From an uncultured virus (IMG/VR IMGVR_UViG_3300034072_000446) (Duplodnaviria; Heunggongvirae; Uroviricota; Caudoviricetes), in IMG/VR virus record IMGVR_UViG_3300034072_000446: DNA of 64,000 nucleotides; one strand, written 5' to 3'. Positions 55,264 through 64,000 of this stretch are shown piece by piece. The notes beneath the pieces were generated by a model. The model was not told the origin of the DNA. It searched no databases and saw only the letters and a list, made by a program, of their open reading frames with translations. Each line of letters starts with the position of its first letter. Within the stretch, counting starts at the first letter, position 1. The position numbers were made by a program, and so were the translations under genes.

Positions 55264-57491
55264 GCGTCCCCGCTCTCGATCTTGAAGCTCATCATCGCGA
55301 TCGTTGCCGGCAGCGGCGCGTCGCTAACCAGCGTCACCGTCGTGTCACGGTCCGGCTCGCTTGTGATCTGCACCTTCACGTCGCCGGTAAAGGTTGGGAT
55401 CTGCGCGTCCATTGACGCATTGGCCGGTCGGTCGATTGCATCCTCAAGCCGCTCGCCAGTCGCACCGCCCTTGATGCCAACGGTTTCGACCAGGCGGACA
55501 AAGGCATGGGCGATGCGCTGCAGGAAGCCCTGCCATCCGCCCGGAGCCTGCACATAGGGTCGCAAGGTCACTGCCCGGGCAGTGTAGGGAAGCCCCACGA
55601 TCAGCGTATAGGCGAACGGCGGCACCAGTTCATCGGGCAGCGTCAGCACCCCGTCATCGTCCACGCTTTGCCCGGCAATCACGCCACCACCCGCCAGCAC
55701 CGCCACGTCTTGCCCGGCAAGGTGCGTCAGGCCCGAAAATGTGGCTTGGCCTGCCGTAGCTTCCACGCGCACGCCCGCGTCAACGAAGAACGATTCCGCG
55801 ATATCGTCGCCCAGCTCGCGCCAGTTCGATTGCTTCCACACCTCCTTGCGGGTGCCGCCGGGCGTTTCACGGCTCACCAGCACCCACAGGTCATCGCGCT
55901 TGCCGTCCTCGCCCACCACGGCCACTGCTGAAAGGATCTGCGCGTCGCCGCCGGGGATCAGGCGCGCAAAGCCTTTGACGTCACCCTTGTTGATCGGATG
56001 CGTCACGATCTGGCCATCACCGCGCACGGCATGCAGCAGGTTGTTCGGCAGGCGCTGCACCGCCAGCTGGATCACGCCCGGTGCGGTCACATGGCGCGCC
56101 GCCGCTGTCAGATCGGCGGCAAGGTAACGGTCGCTACCGAAATCGTAGGCCGCACTACGCAACCGGCGCCCGCCACGCTCCACGAACACAGTCTCGCTAC
56201 CCAGCTGGATCGGGAACACGGCTTCGCTGCCATAGAAGCTTTGCGGCTTGCTATCGATGTTCGAGCCGGAAACCGCTTCCTGCGAATTCAGCGCGCCGAT
56301 CGCCAGTTCGCGCGTTGCCGTACCACACAGCAGGCTTCTGTCGCCCAGCGCCCACAGCGGCGGATCTTCCACGGCCAGCCTGGCCCGAAACGCCATGTCG
56401 GCCGCTACCGTGCCTTGCGACGTATATGCCTGGAAATTCAGCAAGTCGCCGCTCACGCTGGCGCACACGTCGAATCCCTTGATGTGGATTTGCCGGCCAA
56501 AGGCATGAACCACGATCTGCGGGTAACCGGCGTCGGCACTCCAAACCGAATAGGCCCAGCGATGGCTGGCAACGCTCGTCAGGCTTCTAGGCAACCTGCG
56601 GATGACATCGGCTGTGCAAGAAAGGCCATCGCCCGCCACGGCTGTGATCCGCACGATGCCGAAGCGGTCATGGATATATTCCCACAACACGCCGAACGGC
56701 CCTTGATCGCTCATGTTCTTGTTGCCGGAACCATCCCATTCGCTGCCGCTTTCATGGGTCGGCGGGATCGTCCCGGTCGTTCCGCCATAGGCCGCCCGGT
56801 AAACCTTGCCTTCGTTACGCCGGTAGTCGGAAGTCCCGAGATCCTTGATATTGGCTTCCCACGCCTTCACGTCGGAGAAGTCCTTGGCTTCGATGCGGAA
56901 CAGGCTGCCCACATGGCCACTGCGGAAGATCGCCGAATTGGCCGTAATTGTGATGGCGCTGCCCGTCGTCGCCGAAGCAGTCACGGTTACCGCCTCATTC
57001 GTGTTCACGTCCTGGAACGGTCCATTGGCAAACGCGCTCACGGCAAAGGTGAACGTCGTCGGACTCGTGCGTGTCAGCGATGCAGGCGGATAGCTGGCGT
57101 GATCGATGTACAGCCGGTCGAAGCTCTGCTGTGTCGAAAGCTCCGGCACATGCGCCGCAATGTAAGGTGTGGCCACTTCATAGGCGACGTCTGGCGCGGT
57201 TTCGATCCGCCCGCCGTTGGTATAGAAGCGGACTTTCAGGTTGCCCCATTCGATCACGTATTCCTGCGCGATGGAGCGCCGGAAGGCTGTGAGCCATACC
57301 GCCGTTTCATCGGCATCGCGGATGAATTCAAAGCCCTGCCGCTTTACCAGCGGCCCCTCGTTGACCGGCACGAAATTTTCGCAGGCTTGCAGGCCGAACT
57401 GGTATTGCTGCGTATCCACGCGGCCGAACAGCAGCGGCGAGATTTCGCCCGCGATGAACGCTGTCAGCAGGTGGCGCAGGGTGCGCGCCAT
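55260..57491 (-). CDS. Tail tubular protein B / nozzle-like
   Basis: F.AGEISP.L.GRVD..QY, G.LVKR.GF, FFVDAG and IVGLPY motifs. Confidence 0.85.
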   Translation of the reverse strand: MARTLRHLLTAFIAGEISPLLFGRVDTQQYQFGLQACENFVPVNEGPLVKRQGFEFIRDADETAVWLTAFRRSIAQEYVIEWGNLKVRFYTNGGRIETAPDVAYEVATPYIAAHVPELSTQQSFDRLYIDHASYPPASLTRTSPTTFTFAVSAFANGPFQDVNTNEAVTVTASATTGSAITITANSAIFRSGHVGSLFRIEAKDFSDVKAWEANIKDLGTSDYRRNEGKVYRAAYGGTTGTIPPTHESGSEWDGSGNKNMSDQGPFGVLWEYIHDRFGIVRITAVAGDGLSCTADVIRRLPRSLTSVASHRWAYSVWSADAGYPQIVVHAFGRQIHIKGFDVCASVSGDLLNFQAYTSQGTVAADMAFRARLAVEDPPLWALGDRSLLCGTATRELAIGALNSQEAVSGSNIDSKPQSFYGSEAVFPIQLGSETVFVERGGRRLRSAAYDFGSDRYLAADLTAAARHVTAPGVIQLAVQRLPNNLLHAVRGDGQIVTHPINKGDVKGFARLIPGGDAQILSAVAVVGEDGKRDDLWVLVSRETPGGTRKEVWKQSNWRELGDDIAESFFVDAGVRVEATAGQATFSGLTHLAGQDVAVLAGGGVIAGQSVDDDGVLTLPDELVPPFAYTLIVGLPYTARAVTLRPYVQAPGGWQGFLQRIAHAFVRLVETVGIKGGATGERLEDAIDRPANASMDAQIPTFTGDVKVQITSEPDRDTTVTLVSDAPLPATIAMMSFKIESGDA

Positions 57492-57492
57492 G

Positions 57493-58083
57493 TCAGCTCA
57501 CACCGCCAAAGCGGGCAAGGATCCAGTCGCACTCTTCCTGTTCGATTGGCGGATTCTCGCGCGCGTCCACCCGCTTTCCGCCCGATAGCGCGGCCCGGTA
57601 TTCTGCCCAGGCGGCGCTCACGTCAAAGTCCGCGCCCTGAACTTCCCGGCCACATCGCCACGCCAGGCGGCAGGCGAAGGCTTCGGCGAATGTCTCGTCC
57701 CAGCTCGCTGGCTCGGTCACATCGTCGATCCAGCGCGCATAAAGCGGCCCCGCACTGTTGCACAGCACCCGCCCTTTCTCGAGCTGGTAGGAATCGCGCG
57801 CGTCGGAATTCAGGATTTCCACAAGGCGCAAAGCCGAGGCAGGCAACGCAAAGGCCGCCGAATAGGGATAGATTTCGGTGGCCGGAACATCGGCAATCTT
57901 GGCCAGCGTGCCGCGCCCGGCGGCGAAATTCCACGCCCCATCGCGCAATGTCGCACGGCGCTGGGTAGCCCATACCGCCTTCAGGGTGCGCGCCACTTTC
58001 CGATCGTCGTCCAGCGAAACGATCGTGGCACTTGCCCCCATCTTGATGGCTGCAATGTTTGCAACCTCGGCTTCGCTGGACAT
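57493..58083 (-). CDS. Tail tubular protein A / adaptor
   Basis: VANIAAIKMG, WNFA, FALPA..LRL and FAEAFACRLA motifs. Confidence 0.85.
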   Translation of the reverse strand: MSSEAEVANIAAIKMGASATIVSLDDDRKVARTLKAVWATQRRATLRDGAWNFAAGRGTLAKIADVPATEIYPYSAAFALPASALRLVEILNSDARDSYQLEKGRVLCNSAGPLYARWIDDVTEPASWDETFAEAFACRLAWRCGREVQGADFDVSAAWAEYRAALSGGKRVDARENPPIEQEECDWILARFGGVS

Positions 58084-58095
58084 GGCGCGCGGCCC

Positions 58096-58293
58096 TTACT
58101 GCGGCGGCCAGGGCAGCGAGAAGATCTTCTGCTTTACTTCGTCCAGCAGGATCATTGCTTCACCCTTCGTCATGTTGGTGAAGTCGATGTTGACGCTCAG
58201 CGTGTCGCTCTGCGCCTCGGCCGAACCGGCTGAAAGCGCCACGTCCTTCAGCTCGACCTTGCCGCGCTGGACCGTGAATTTTGCAGTTGCCAT
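58096..58293 (-). CDS. Small hypothetical virion protein
   Basis: 65 aa, AAGGA RBS. Confidence 0.65.
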   Translation of the reverse strand: MATAKFTVQRGKVELKDVALSAGSAEAQSDTLSVNIDFTNMTKGEAMILLDEVKQKIFSLPWPPQ

Positions 58294-58399
58294 GGCCCTT
58301 GTCCTTTAAGGAGGGGGCGGGAAACGTGGGGAGCATCGACGCGGCCATGCTTCCCGCCCTGCAGCTGCCTTTCAGGGGCGGCCGCAATTCATGCACCGG

Positions 58400-58846
58400 T
58401 CACTTGACCGATGCGATTTCCAGCTCGATCGTCACGTTGACGCCGGCGGCGATGCCGCCCACGGCTAGCGTGGCAAGGATCGTTTCCTTTGCCGCAACCG
58501 GCCCGGCGGCCAGCACGCTGGCCTTGGGACCGATCGAGGTCGGCGTGTCGAGCGGCGTGGTAAAGGTGCGGGCCGCCACATACTTGCCGGTATTCCCGGC
58601 AATGCCGATCGCCACCGTCGTTGTGCCAAGCGTCGTGTCGCTGTTGATGCGGATGCCGGTGATGATCTCGCCCGGGCGCAGTTCGCCCAGTACGATATCG
58701 TCCCCGGCGGCATAGACGGCGGCCGCAGGCTTGGTAGCCAGGATGATTGACTTCTTCGCACCGACCACCTGGCCGTTTGCGCGATCTGCAGGGATCTTCG
58801 TACCGTCGAGGACGCCGATCTGCTGCGCTGCATAGAACCTTGCCAT
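58400..58846 (-). CDS. Capsid decoration/cement protein (Bbp16-like position)
   Basis: 148-aa beta-rich A/G/T protein directly after the capsid gene. Confidence 0.65.
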   Translation of the reverse strand: MARFYAAQQIGVLDGTKIPADRANGQVVGAKKSIILATKPAAAVYAAGDDIVLGELRPGEIITGIRINSDTTLGTTTVAIGIAGNTGKYVAARTFTTPLDTPTSIGPKASVLAAGPVAAKETILATLAVGGIAAGVNVTIELEIASVK

Positions 58847-58926
58847 TTCCTGTGTTTCCTTGCTTCAGGAAGCGCACGTTGCGGCAGGCGGCTCGATCCG
58901 AAAATCTCGGCCGCCGGCCGTTTCGA

Positions 58927-59865
58927 TCAGCCCTTCTGGTTGAGGATGATACCCGAAAGCTCGGGTTCGACGCGCGTTGCTGCCAGCGTGGTGCCGGCAA
59001 ACACCTGCACTGCACCCTTCTTGCCCGGCATGCGGTCGACCATCGTGCGGCTTTCCTGCCACCAGTTGCCGCGCACGCCCTGCTTCACCCAGAACGGCGT
59101 CTTGCGATAGCCGCTGCCATCGGTGGCGAGATCCGGGATCGTGGTGAGAAGCGGGTTGTCGAGCTCGAGGTGCAGGAACGTCCAGCCCAGCATGCGGATG
59201 ATCTTGCCGTTGCGGAACTCGCCGCCGAACGCGCCCTTGAAATCGCTGCTGGTTGCCGGAACTTCCGAAAGCAGCGCGTCGTTGTCGTCGGCCGTCAGAA
59301 CCATGTAGCGCACGATGTCGTCCATGTCGTCGTCAACGGCATAGCCCTGCGTCAGCAGCTTGTTGGCCGCGCGCAGCTTCATCGTGTTCATCTTCTGCGC
59401 ACCGGCCGCGCCGCCCGTGGTCACGGCAATGGTCTGCCCGCCGGGGAAAGCCGTGCTGGTCAGGCCATCCTTGCCGCTGATGATCGGCCCGTAGAACCCT
59501 TCCAGGATGCGGCGGGTCTTGGCGCGATTGATCGTCCCGGCGCCCGACTTCACTGACGAACCTTCGAGATCGATCGCAGTTGCCAGCTTGTCGGCATTAT
59601 CGATCAGGTCGGCGTAATAGAGTTCGTTGGTCTTGGGGATCCACACGCCGTCATAGGTGGGATTGTTGTACTTGGTGTCACCGTGGCGTTCGGTGTCTTC
59701 CTGCGGCTCGGTATTGCCGACAAGATCCTGCACCTTGACCTTTTCGGCCCCGCTGTCGCTCTGCCACTCGATGGCGTCAACCAGCTTGGGCTGCGTCTGC
59801 TGCACTCGCAGCTTCACGTTGTTCGAATACTTGACCTGCATTGCAGGCGCCACGTTGATCGACAT
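58927..59865 (-). CDS. Major capsid protein
   Basis: Y..NV.LRVQQ..PKL, YADLIDNADKL, TSSDF and LGWTF motifs. Confidence 0.85.
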   Translation of the reverse strand: MSINVAPAMQVKYSNNVKLRVQQTQPKLVDAIEWQSDSGAEKVKVQDLVGNTEPQEDTERHGDTKYNNPTYDGVWIPKTNELYYADLIDNADKLATAIDLEGSSVKSGAGTINRAKTRRILEGFYGPIISGKDGLTSTAFPGGQTIAVTTGGAAGAQKMNTMKLRAANKLLTQGYAVDDDMDDIVRYMVLTADDNDALLSEVPATSSDFKGAFGGEFRNGKIIRMLGWTFLHLELDNPLLTTIPDLATDGSGYRKTPFWVKQGVRGNWWQESRTMVDRMPGKKGAVQVFAGTTLAATRVEPELSGIILNQKG

Positions 59866-60058
59866 GGCTGTCGCCTCTCGTCAAAAAGGTTGGATTTTCC
59901 GATTTGTCCGAGTGGCTAAGGGCTTGCGCCGGCCTCTCTATCGTTTCACGCCCGCGATCGGCGGCTGTTCCACAGCTGGGCCCGAGCCGTATTGCTACGG
60001 TAAGTCAGGTCTTCGGGGCGGCTTGCTATCCGTCGATACCGCCAAACGACTGGGGCGG

Positions 60059-60087
60059 AAGATGATTCATCTCCCGCCCCGCGTCAA
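60059..60087 (-). promoter_or_regulatory. Putative capsid-gene promoter overlapped by an inverted repeat
   Basis: TTGACG-N17-CATCTT; inverted repeat at 60052-60080. Confidence 0.4.
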
Positions 60088-60096
60088 CCCACTTGC

Positions 60097-61029
60097 TTAG
60101 GCAGCAGCCGCCCGATTGGCTGCTTCACCGGCCGCGTCGTTCAACCGCTTCCAGCGGGCCGCCTCCGGCGATCCGGCGATCTTGACCTTGGCAAGGAAGT
60201 CGGCGTCCTTGCTCAGACGGTCGATTTCCGCCTGTGCTTCGGCACCGGTCACACCGAACCTGCCCTTGCCGCCGCCGATCAACACATCCTCGGCCATGCC
60301 TTCACCAAGGCGGGCCATCAGGCTCAGCGCTTTTTCCGGCCCCCACACCGCGCGAAGCTGCTGCAGGTCCTGGCTGCTCAGGTCCAATGCGCGCGCCGCA
60401 CGGTCGATCGCGGCGATCTTGGCACTTGCTTCGCCGCCCTGTTGCTTCACCCATTTCTGCGCCTGCGCATCGAGATCACGCTGTGCGCTTGCCAGCTGGT
60501 CAAGTTCGGCCTGGATATAGTCTGCAACCAGCCCCTGCATTGGCCCTTTCGGCAGGCCATGCTTGTGCGCAAATTCGGCAATGCGCGTCAGGGTCGCATC
60601 GTTCAGCTGGATGGGCTCGCCATTTTCGCCCACCGGAGCGGCAAATTCATAGCCGGCCGGATCATCCGGCACGCCAACTGCCTTGCGGTACGCAGCCAGC
60701 TCCTCAGGCGTCGCGTTCTCACCTGGCACCTTGATCCGCCCGCTGTCGCGCAACGCCTTCACGTTGTCTCGTGCAACCTTCGCCAGCTGATCGACATCCT
60801 TGATTCCGGCAGACTTCAGCCAGTCGCGCAACGATGGGCTGTCGTCTTCACCGGCGTCGGCGGAAACACTCTCGTACCAGCTGGGATCTGCATCGCCGCC
60901 CCCTTGCTGCTGATCGCCATTGCTGTCAGATCCACCTTGATCGCCACCGCCGCCAGCATCCCCGCCAGCGCCGCCCAGCAGATCCGCCGCGCCGCCGCTG
61001 CCGCCGTCTTCCCCGTCCTCAAATGCCAT
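60097..61029 (-). CDS. Scaffolding / capsid assembly protein
   Basis: Gly-rich N-terminus; KVPGE...YRKAVGVPDDP.GY and LG..MAED motifs. Confidence 0.8.
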   Translation of the reverse strand: MAFEDGEDGGSGGAADLLGGAGGDAGGGGDQGGSDSNGDQQQGGGDADPSWYESVSADAGEDDSPSLRDWLKSAGIKDVDQLAKVARDNVKALRDSGRIKVPGENATPEELAAYRKAVGVPDDPAGYEFAAPVGENGEPIQLNDATLTRIAEFAHKHGLPKGPMQGLVADYIQAELDQLASAQRDLDAQAQKWVKQQGGEASAKIAAIDRAARALDLSSQDLQQLRAVWGPEKALSLMARLGEGMAEDVLIGGGKGRFGVTGAEAQAEIDRLSKDADFLAKVKIAGSPEAARWKRLNDAAGEAANRAAAA

Positions 61030-61360
61030 CGTCGAGCTCCATCAGTTTGCGGACTTCCATTTCGTCCAGGTTGAGAAGGATGCAGATCCGCACGAACACT
61101 TCGCGCCGCCCTTCCCGGCGGGCGAGGATGTGGGGATCCGCGTGAAAGATTGTCTTGCCGGCAGCGCCGCAAAATTGCGCCAGATCGCGCAGCACGATCC
61201 GCCCGGCGCGGTGTGGCTTGCCATCGGGCGCAAGGAACAGCCACCGCCAGATCCGACGCACCATGACCTTGGCAAAGCGCTCCGGCACGCCGTGAAACAC
61301 GGCCTTGAACTCGCGCGCGATCAGGATCGCCCGCTCACGCAGCCGGTTCTTTTCAGACAT
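61019..61360 (-). CDS. Bbp19-like protein
   Basis: VLRDLAQFC...DPH.LARREGRREVFVRI; follows the portal gene. Confidence 0.75.
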   Translation of the reverse strand: MSEKNRLRERAILIAREFKAVFHGVPERFAKVMVRRIWRWLFLAPDGKPHRAGRIVLRDLAQFCGAAGKTIFHADPHILARREGRREVFVRICILLNLDEMEVRKLMELDDGI

Positions 61361-63018
61361 CAGGCCGCCTCGCTGATCTGGTTGGCCTTGGCCAGCGACA
61401 GGTAGGCATCAGCACCGCCCTGCAGCTGTTCCACGCTCGCCGCTGCCTGCTGATCTTCGGCACGCTTGGCACGGCGCGCGGCGATGACTTCCGGCGAACG
61501 GATGTAGGCGGCCGGCACGCCCAACGCCTCGCCAAGGCCTTGCGCCACTGCATCGGTATCCACGGCATCCGCCACTTCCGGGTCGATCGCGGCCAGCGGG
61601 CCCAGCGCCTCGATGTAGCGCAGCGTCTTGCCCGTCGCTTCCGCGCGCGCCATCTGTGCCAGCGGGTTCTCGTAATCGATGCGTGGCCATGCCCCGGCCT
61701 CGCGCACCACTTCCGGGAACGGCGCAATCTGCCCGGCGCGCAATGCCAGGTCCAGATCGCGGTTGGTCACCGGATGCTGCTTTTCCATCGCATAGCGCCC
61801 GGCATAGGGCCGAACCAGCACCCCCTGCTTTGCCATGACTTCAAGCACTTCGGTTGTCGTCATGCGCGAATTGGGATCCGTCAGGATCTTGTAGAACTCC
61901 TCGAGGAACGCGGTGCGCACGATCTGCCGCTCTGCCTCGATGTCCTGGCTGACCCACGGCAGCGAACCTTCACCGCCCGGCATGCGCTGCACCAGCGGAC
62001 GGCCTTGCTCATCGACGAGCCCAGCATTCAATCCGCCCGGCTTGGTCGAGATCGAGGTGATGCCGTCATCGTCGTAGAACAGCAGCGCCGGATCTACTGC
62101 CTTGTTGGCTGCGCGCAGCGTCGTGTGGCGCATGGCGTTCAACCCGTTGATCGTCGGCAGCATCTTGATGCCGGGGCTGCGGCCATACTTCTCGCGCGGG
62201 CTTGTCGTGTGGCGGCTCACCGATATCGGCATGGTGTGAAAACCGCGGCGGCGAAGATAGATCTTCTCGTCTACCGCCAGATAGCGCGACGCGATCGGCT
62301 TGCCGCGCCAGTCCATCGCATCGCGGTCCCAGCGCGTATTGGGCATCACCACGTGCAGCAGCTCGAATTCCGTGTGTGGCTTGTTCTTTTCCAGTGCCTC
62401 GCGCATTTTCGGGGTTAGCGCGTCGAAACCAAATTCCTGTTCGCACTGGCGGGCCGTGCGGCACACCTTGCGCAGCACCGTGTCGACCAGGCCGGCCGCG
62501 TCCACGTCGATGTAGCATTCGGAGAGATGCAGCGTGCGGTAAACCATGCCCCGCATGCCGATCGCTTCCTGGTAAACCGGCGAAGTGCCGTAGCGCCCCA
62601 GCTGGTCCCAATCCTCGTTGGCCGCCACGCTGAAACCCGTGTGCATCGCGTGGCGGATGGCATAGAGCCTGCGCCCTGCATACTCGCACCATGCCTTCAC
62701 TTCGGGCAGCTTCGCCAGATCCTCGTCTTCGAAAACGGGCCGAATGTAATCCTTTTCCTCGGGCGTCGTGATGGCAACGCCGGCAGCGGCAAATCGCTCG
62801 AGCGCGGTGATATGCGTCGGGTCGAAGTTGCGCTCGCCCCGGATATCGCCCTTGCTCTTGCTGTCGAATCCGCCTGCGCCGTCCGGGAAACGTTCGTCGA
62901 TCTCGCGCCAGGCGCTCTCATACGGCGCGCGCTCGCTAGCAAGCCGCTCGAGGTCGCGGATATCGTCCTTCGCCAGCTGGTCATCCTGCAGGCCGTCAAG
63001 GGGGTCCAACATTTGCAC
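61360..63018 (-). CDS. Portal (T7 gp8-like head-tail connector)
   Basis: YGRSPG..LP, RMTTTEV and IDYENPLA motifs. Confidence 0.9.
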   Translation of the reverse strand: MQMLDPLDGLQDDQLAKDDIRDLERLASERAPYESAWREIDERFPDGAGGFDSKSKGDIRGERNFDPTHITALERFAAAGVAITTPEEKDYIRPVFEDEDLAKLPEVKAWCEYAGRRLYAIRHAMHTGFSVAANEDWDQLGRYGTSPVYQEAIGMRGMVYRTLHLSECYIDVDAAGLVDTVLRKVCRTARQCEQEFGFDALTPKMREALEKNKPHTEFELLHVVMPNTRWDRDAMDWRGKPIASRYLAVDEKIYLRRRGFHTMPISVSRHTTSPREKYGRSPGIKMLPTINGLNAMRHTTLRAANKAVDPALLFYDDDGITSISTKPGGLNAGLVDEQGRPLVQRMPGGEGSLPWVSQDIEAERQIVRTAFLEEFYKILTDPNSRMTTTEVLEVMAKQGVLVRPYAGRYAMEKQHPVTNRDLDLALRAGQIAPFPEVVREAGAWPRIDYENPLAQMARAEATGKTLRYIEALGPLAAIDPEVADAVDTDAVAQGLGEALGVPAAYIRSPEVIAARRAKRAEDQQAAASVEQLQGGADAYLSLAKANQISEAA

Positions 63019-63079
63019 GCTCCGTTAGAAGAAGGGGAGGGCGGCACGTCGTACACCGCCCTCTTGGTTGCCCGCGCCG

Positions 63080-64000
63080 TCAGGCCGCGCGGAAAACCAC
63101 ATCGTTGCGCAGATCCATTCGGCGGCCCGGCTGCACGTCGAGCACGTCTGTGCGCGCCGCATAGGCCACCTGCGAACCGTCGAGGAACAAGCCATAGCCG
63201 TGCAAATTCACGGGACCGGTCGCCGGGCCCACCACGACGAATTCGGGCAGGCGCAGCGCAAGGCCCACCGCCGTCATGCCCCATGCCGGTCCATCGATCA
63301 TGCGCCGCTCAAACGGCAGCTCGCTCTTCCCGTCAGAGAATACCAGCTCCACCGTCTCGGCCATGCTGATCAGCTCCAGCAGATCTTCCGGCCTGGGCTG
63401 ATCATCCAACGGCCCGCACCTGCGCGGCTTCGATCCCGCTTTGCCCTTGCGCACCTTCGGCTCCGCGTCGATCTTGGCCACCTTCGCCGCAAGTGCATCG
63501 CGCTCGGCCGTCAGTGCGGCAATCTCGGTTTCCTGCTGCCCGACTTTGCTTGTGGCCTGGTCCAAAGCGCCTTCGATCTCGGTGAAGTTGTGGGCAGCAG
63601 CCTCGAGCTGGGGCGCAATCGCATGAACCAGAGTGCGAAACAGCGCATCTTTGAACTGCTGCGCCGGCGGCAATTCATCGAAGGGTACGATGCACGGATG
63701 GGTTTTCTTCTCGGGATCCTTGACCTCGCCATAGACCCAGCCATCTGCGACCTTTTCAGCCATCCAGCTGTCATGGCTGGCGCTGTCCCCCGCTTCAGGA
63801 TTTGCCATGTGGAAGCGCACGCCATTGATTGCGGAAGAACGCTGCCAATCCGGCGCATCAAACCATGACGGCTGACTGTCATCGCCAAGCGAACGGCAGT
63901 AAGCTGCATTCGCCGCATGGCAAACGCTGGCGATCAGACCAACGAACTCGGGGCTTAAAGCTTCCGCTTTTGCGGAACCTTGTGGACTTGTATCTGTCAT
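63080..64000 (-). CDS. RyR-domain protein with coiled coil
   Basis: SHDSWMAEK..DGWVYGEVKDPEKKTHPCIVPFDELP..QQFKD; start lies at the window edge. Confidence 0.8.
   Translation of the reverse strand: MTDTSPQGSAKAEALSPEFVGLIASVCHAANAAYCRSLGDDSQPSWFDAPDWQRSSAINGVRFHMANPEAGDSASHDSWMAEKVADGWVYGEVKDPEKKTHPCIVPFDELPPAQQFKDALFRTLVHAIAPQLEAAAHNFTEIEGALDQATSKVGQQETEIAALTAERDALAAKVAKIDAEPKVRKGKAGSKPRRCGPLDDQPRPEDLLELISMAETVELVFSDGKSELPFERRMIDGPAWGMTAVGLALRLPEFVVVGPATGPVNLHGYGLFLDGSQVAYAARTDVLDVQPGRRMDLRNDVVFRAA

Larger units (their letters stand above)
46242..64000 (-). mobile_element. High-GC BPP-1/T7-like podovirus structural module, probable prophage (continues beyond the window)
   Basis: Abrupt GC rise; gene order portal, Bbp19-like, scaffold, capsid, tail tube A/B, internal proteins, fibre. 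Confidence 0.85.

Noticed and set aside
48185..63868. Long plus-strand ORFs (48185-49867, 50344-52323, 55998-57968 and others)
   Set aside because: High-GC shadow frames opposite recognisable structural genes, with no motifs.

Overview
The window joins two different phage genomes through a shared tailspike gene. Positions 1-46114 are a lower-GC podovirus with no integrase, repressor or RNA polymerase seen. It closes into a 46,114-bp circle because nt 1-127 are identical to 46115-46241. Its minus strand carries P22-type head, DNA-ejection and lysis genes. Its plus strand carries early genes, a phiEco32/PaP3-type amidoligase cluster, primase-helicase, PolA, SSB, a PD-(D/E)XK exonuclease, a metallophosphoesterase, a MazG-like protein and a class II RNR. 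About six free-standing HNH/EndoVII nucleases are spread over both arms. Positions ~46240-64000 are the high-GC structural module of an unrelated BPP-1/T7-like podovirus, probably a prophage. The most notable unexplained signals are: (1) a ~565-nt densely structured non-coding RNA candidate at the start of the early region (11776-12340), with smaller structured RNAs at 14131-14256 and 29338-29463 (tRNA-like); (2) a promoter/terminator-bounded sRNA carrying repeated Shine-Dalgarno motifs; (3) a probable -1 programmed frameshift giving the class II glutamine amidotransferase two C-termini; (4) a consensus antisense promoter facing a 28-aa hydrophobic ORF inside the amidoligase cluster; (5) a recent tailspike-domain swap between the two phages. 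All product calls come from motif recognition by eye, without database searches.
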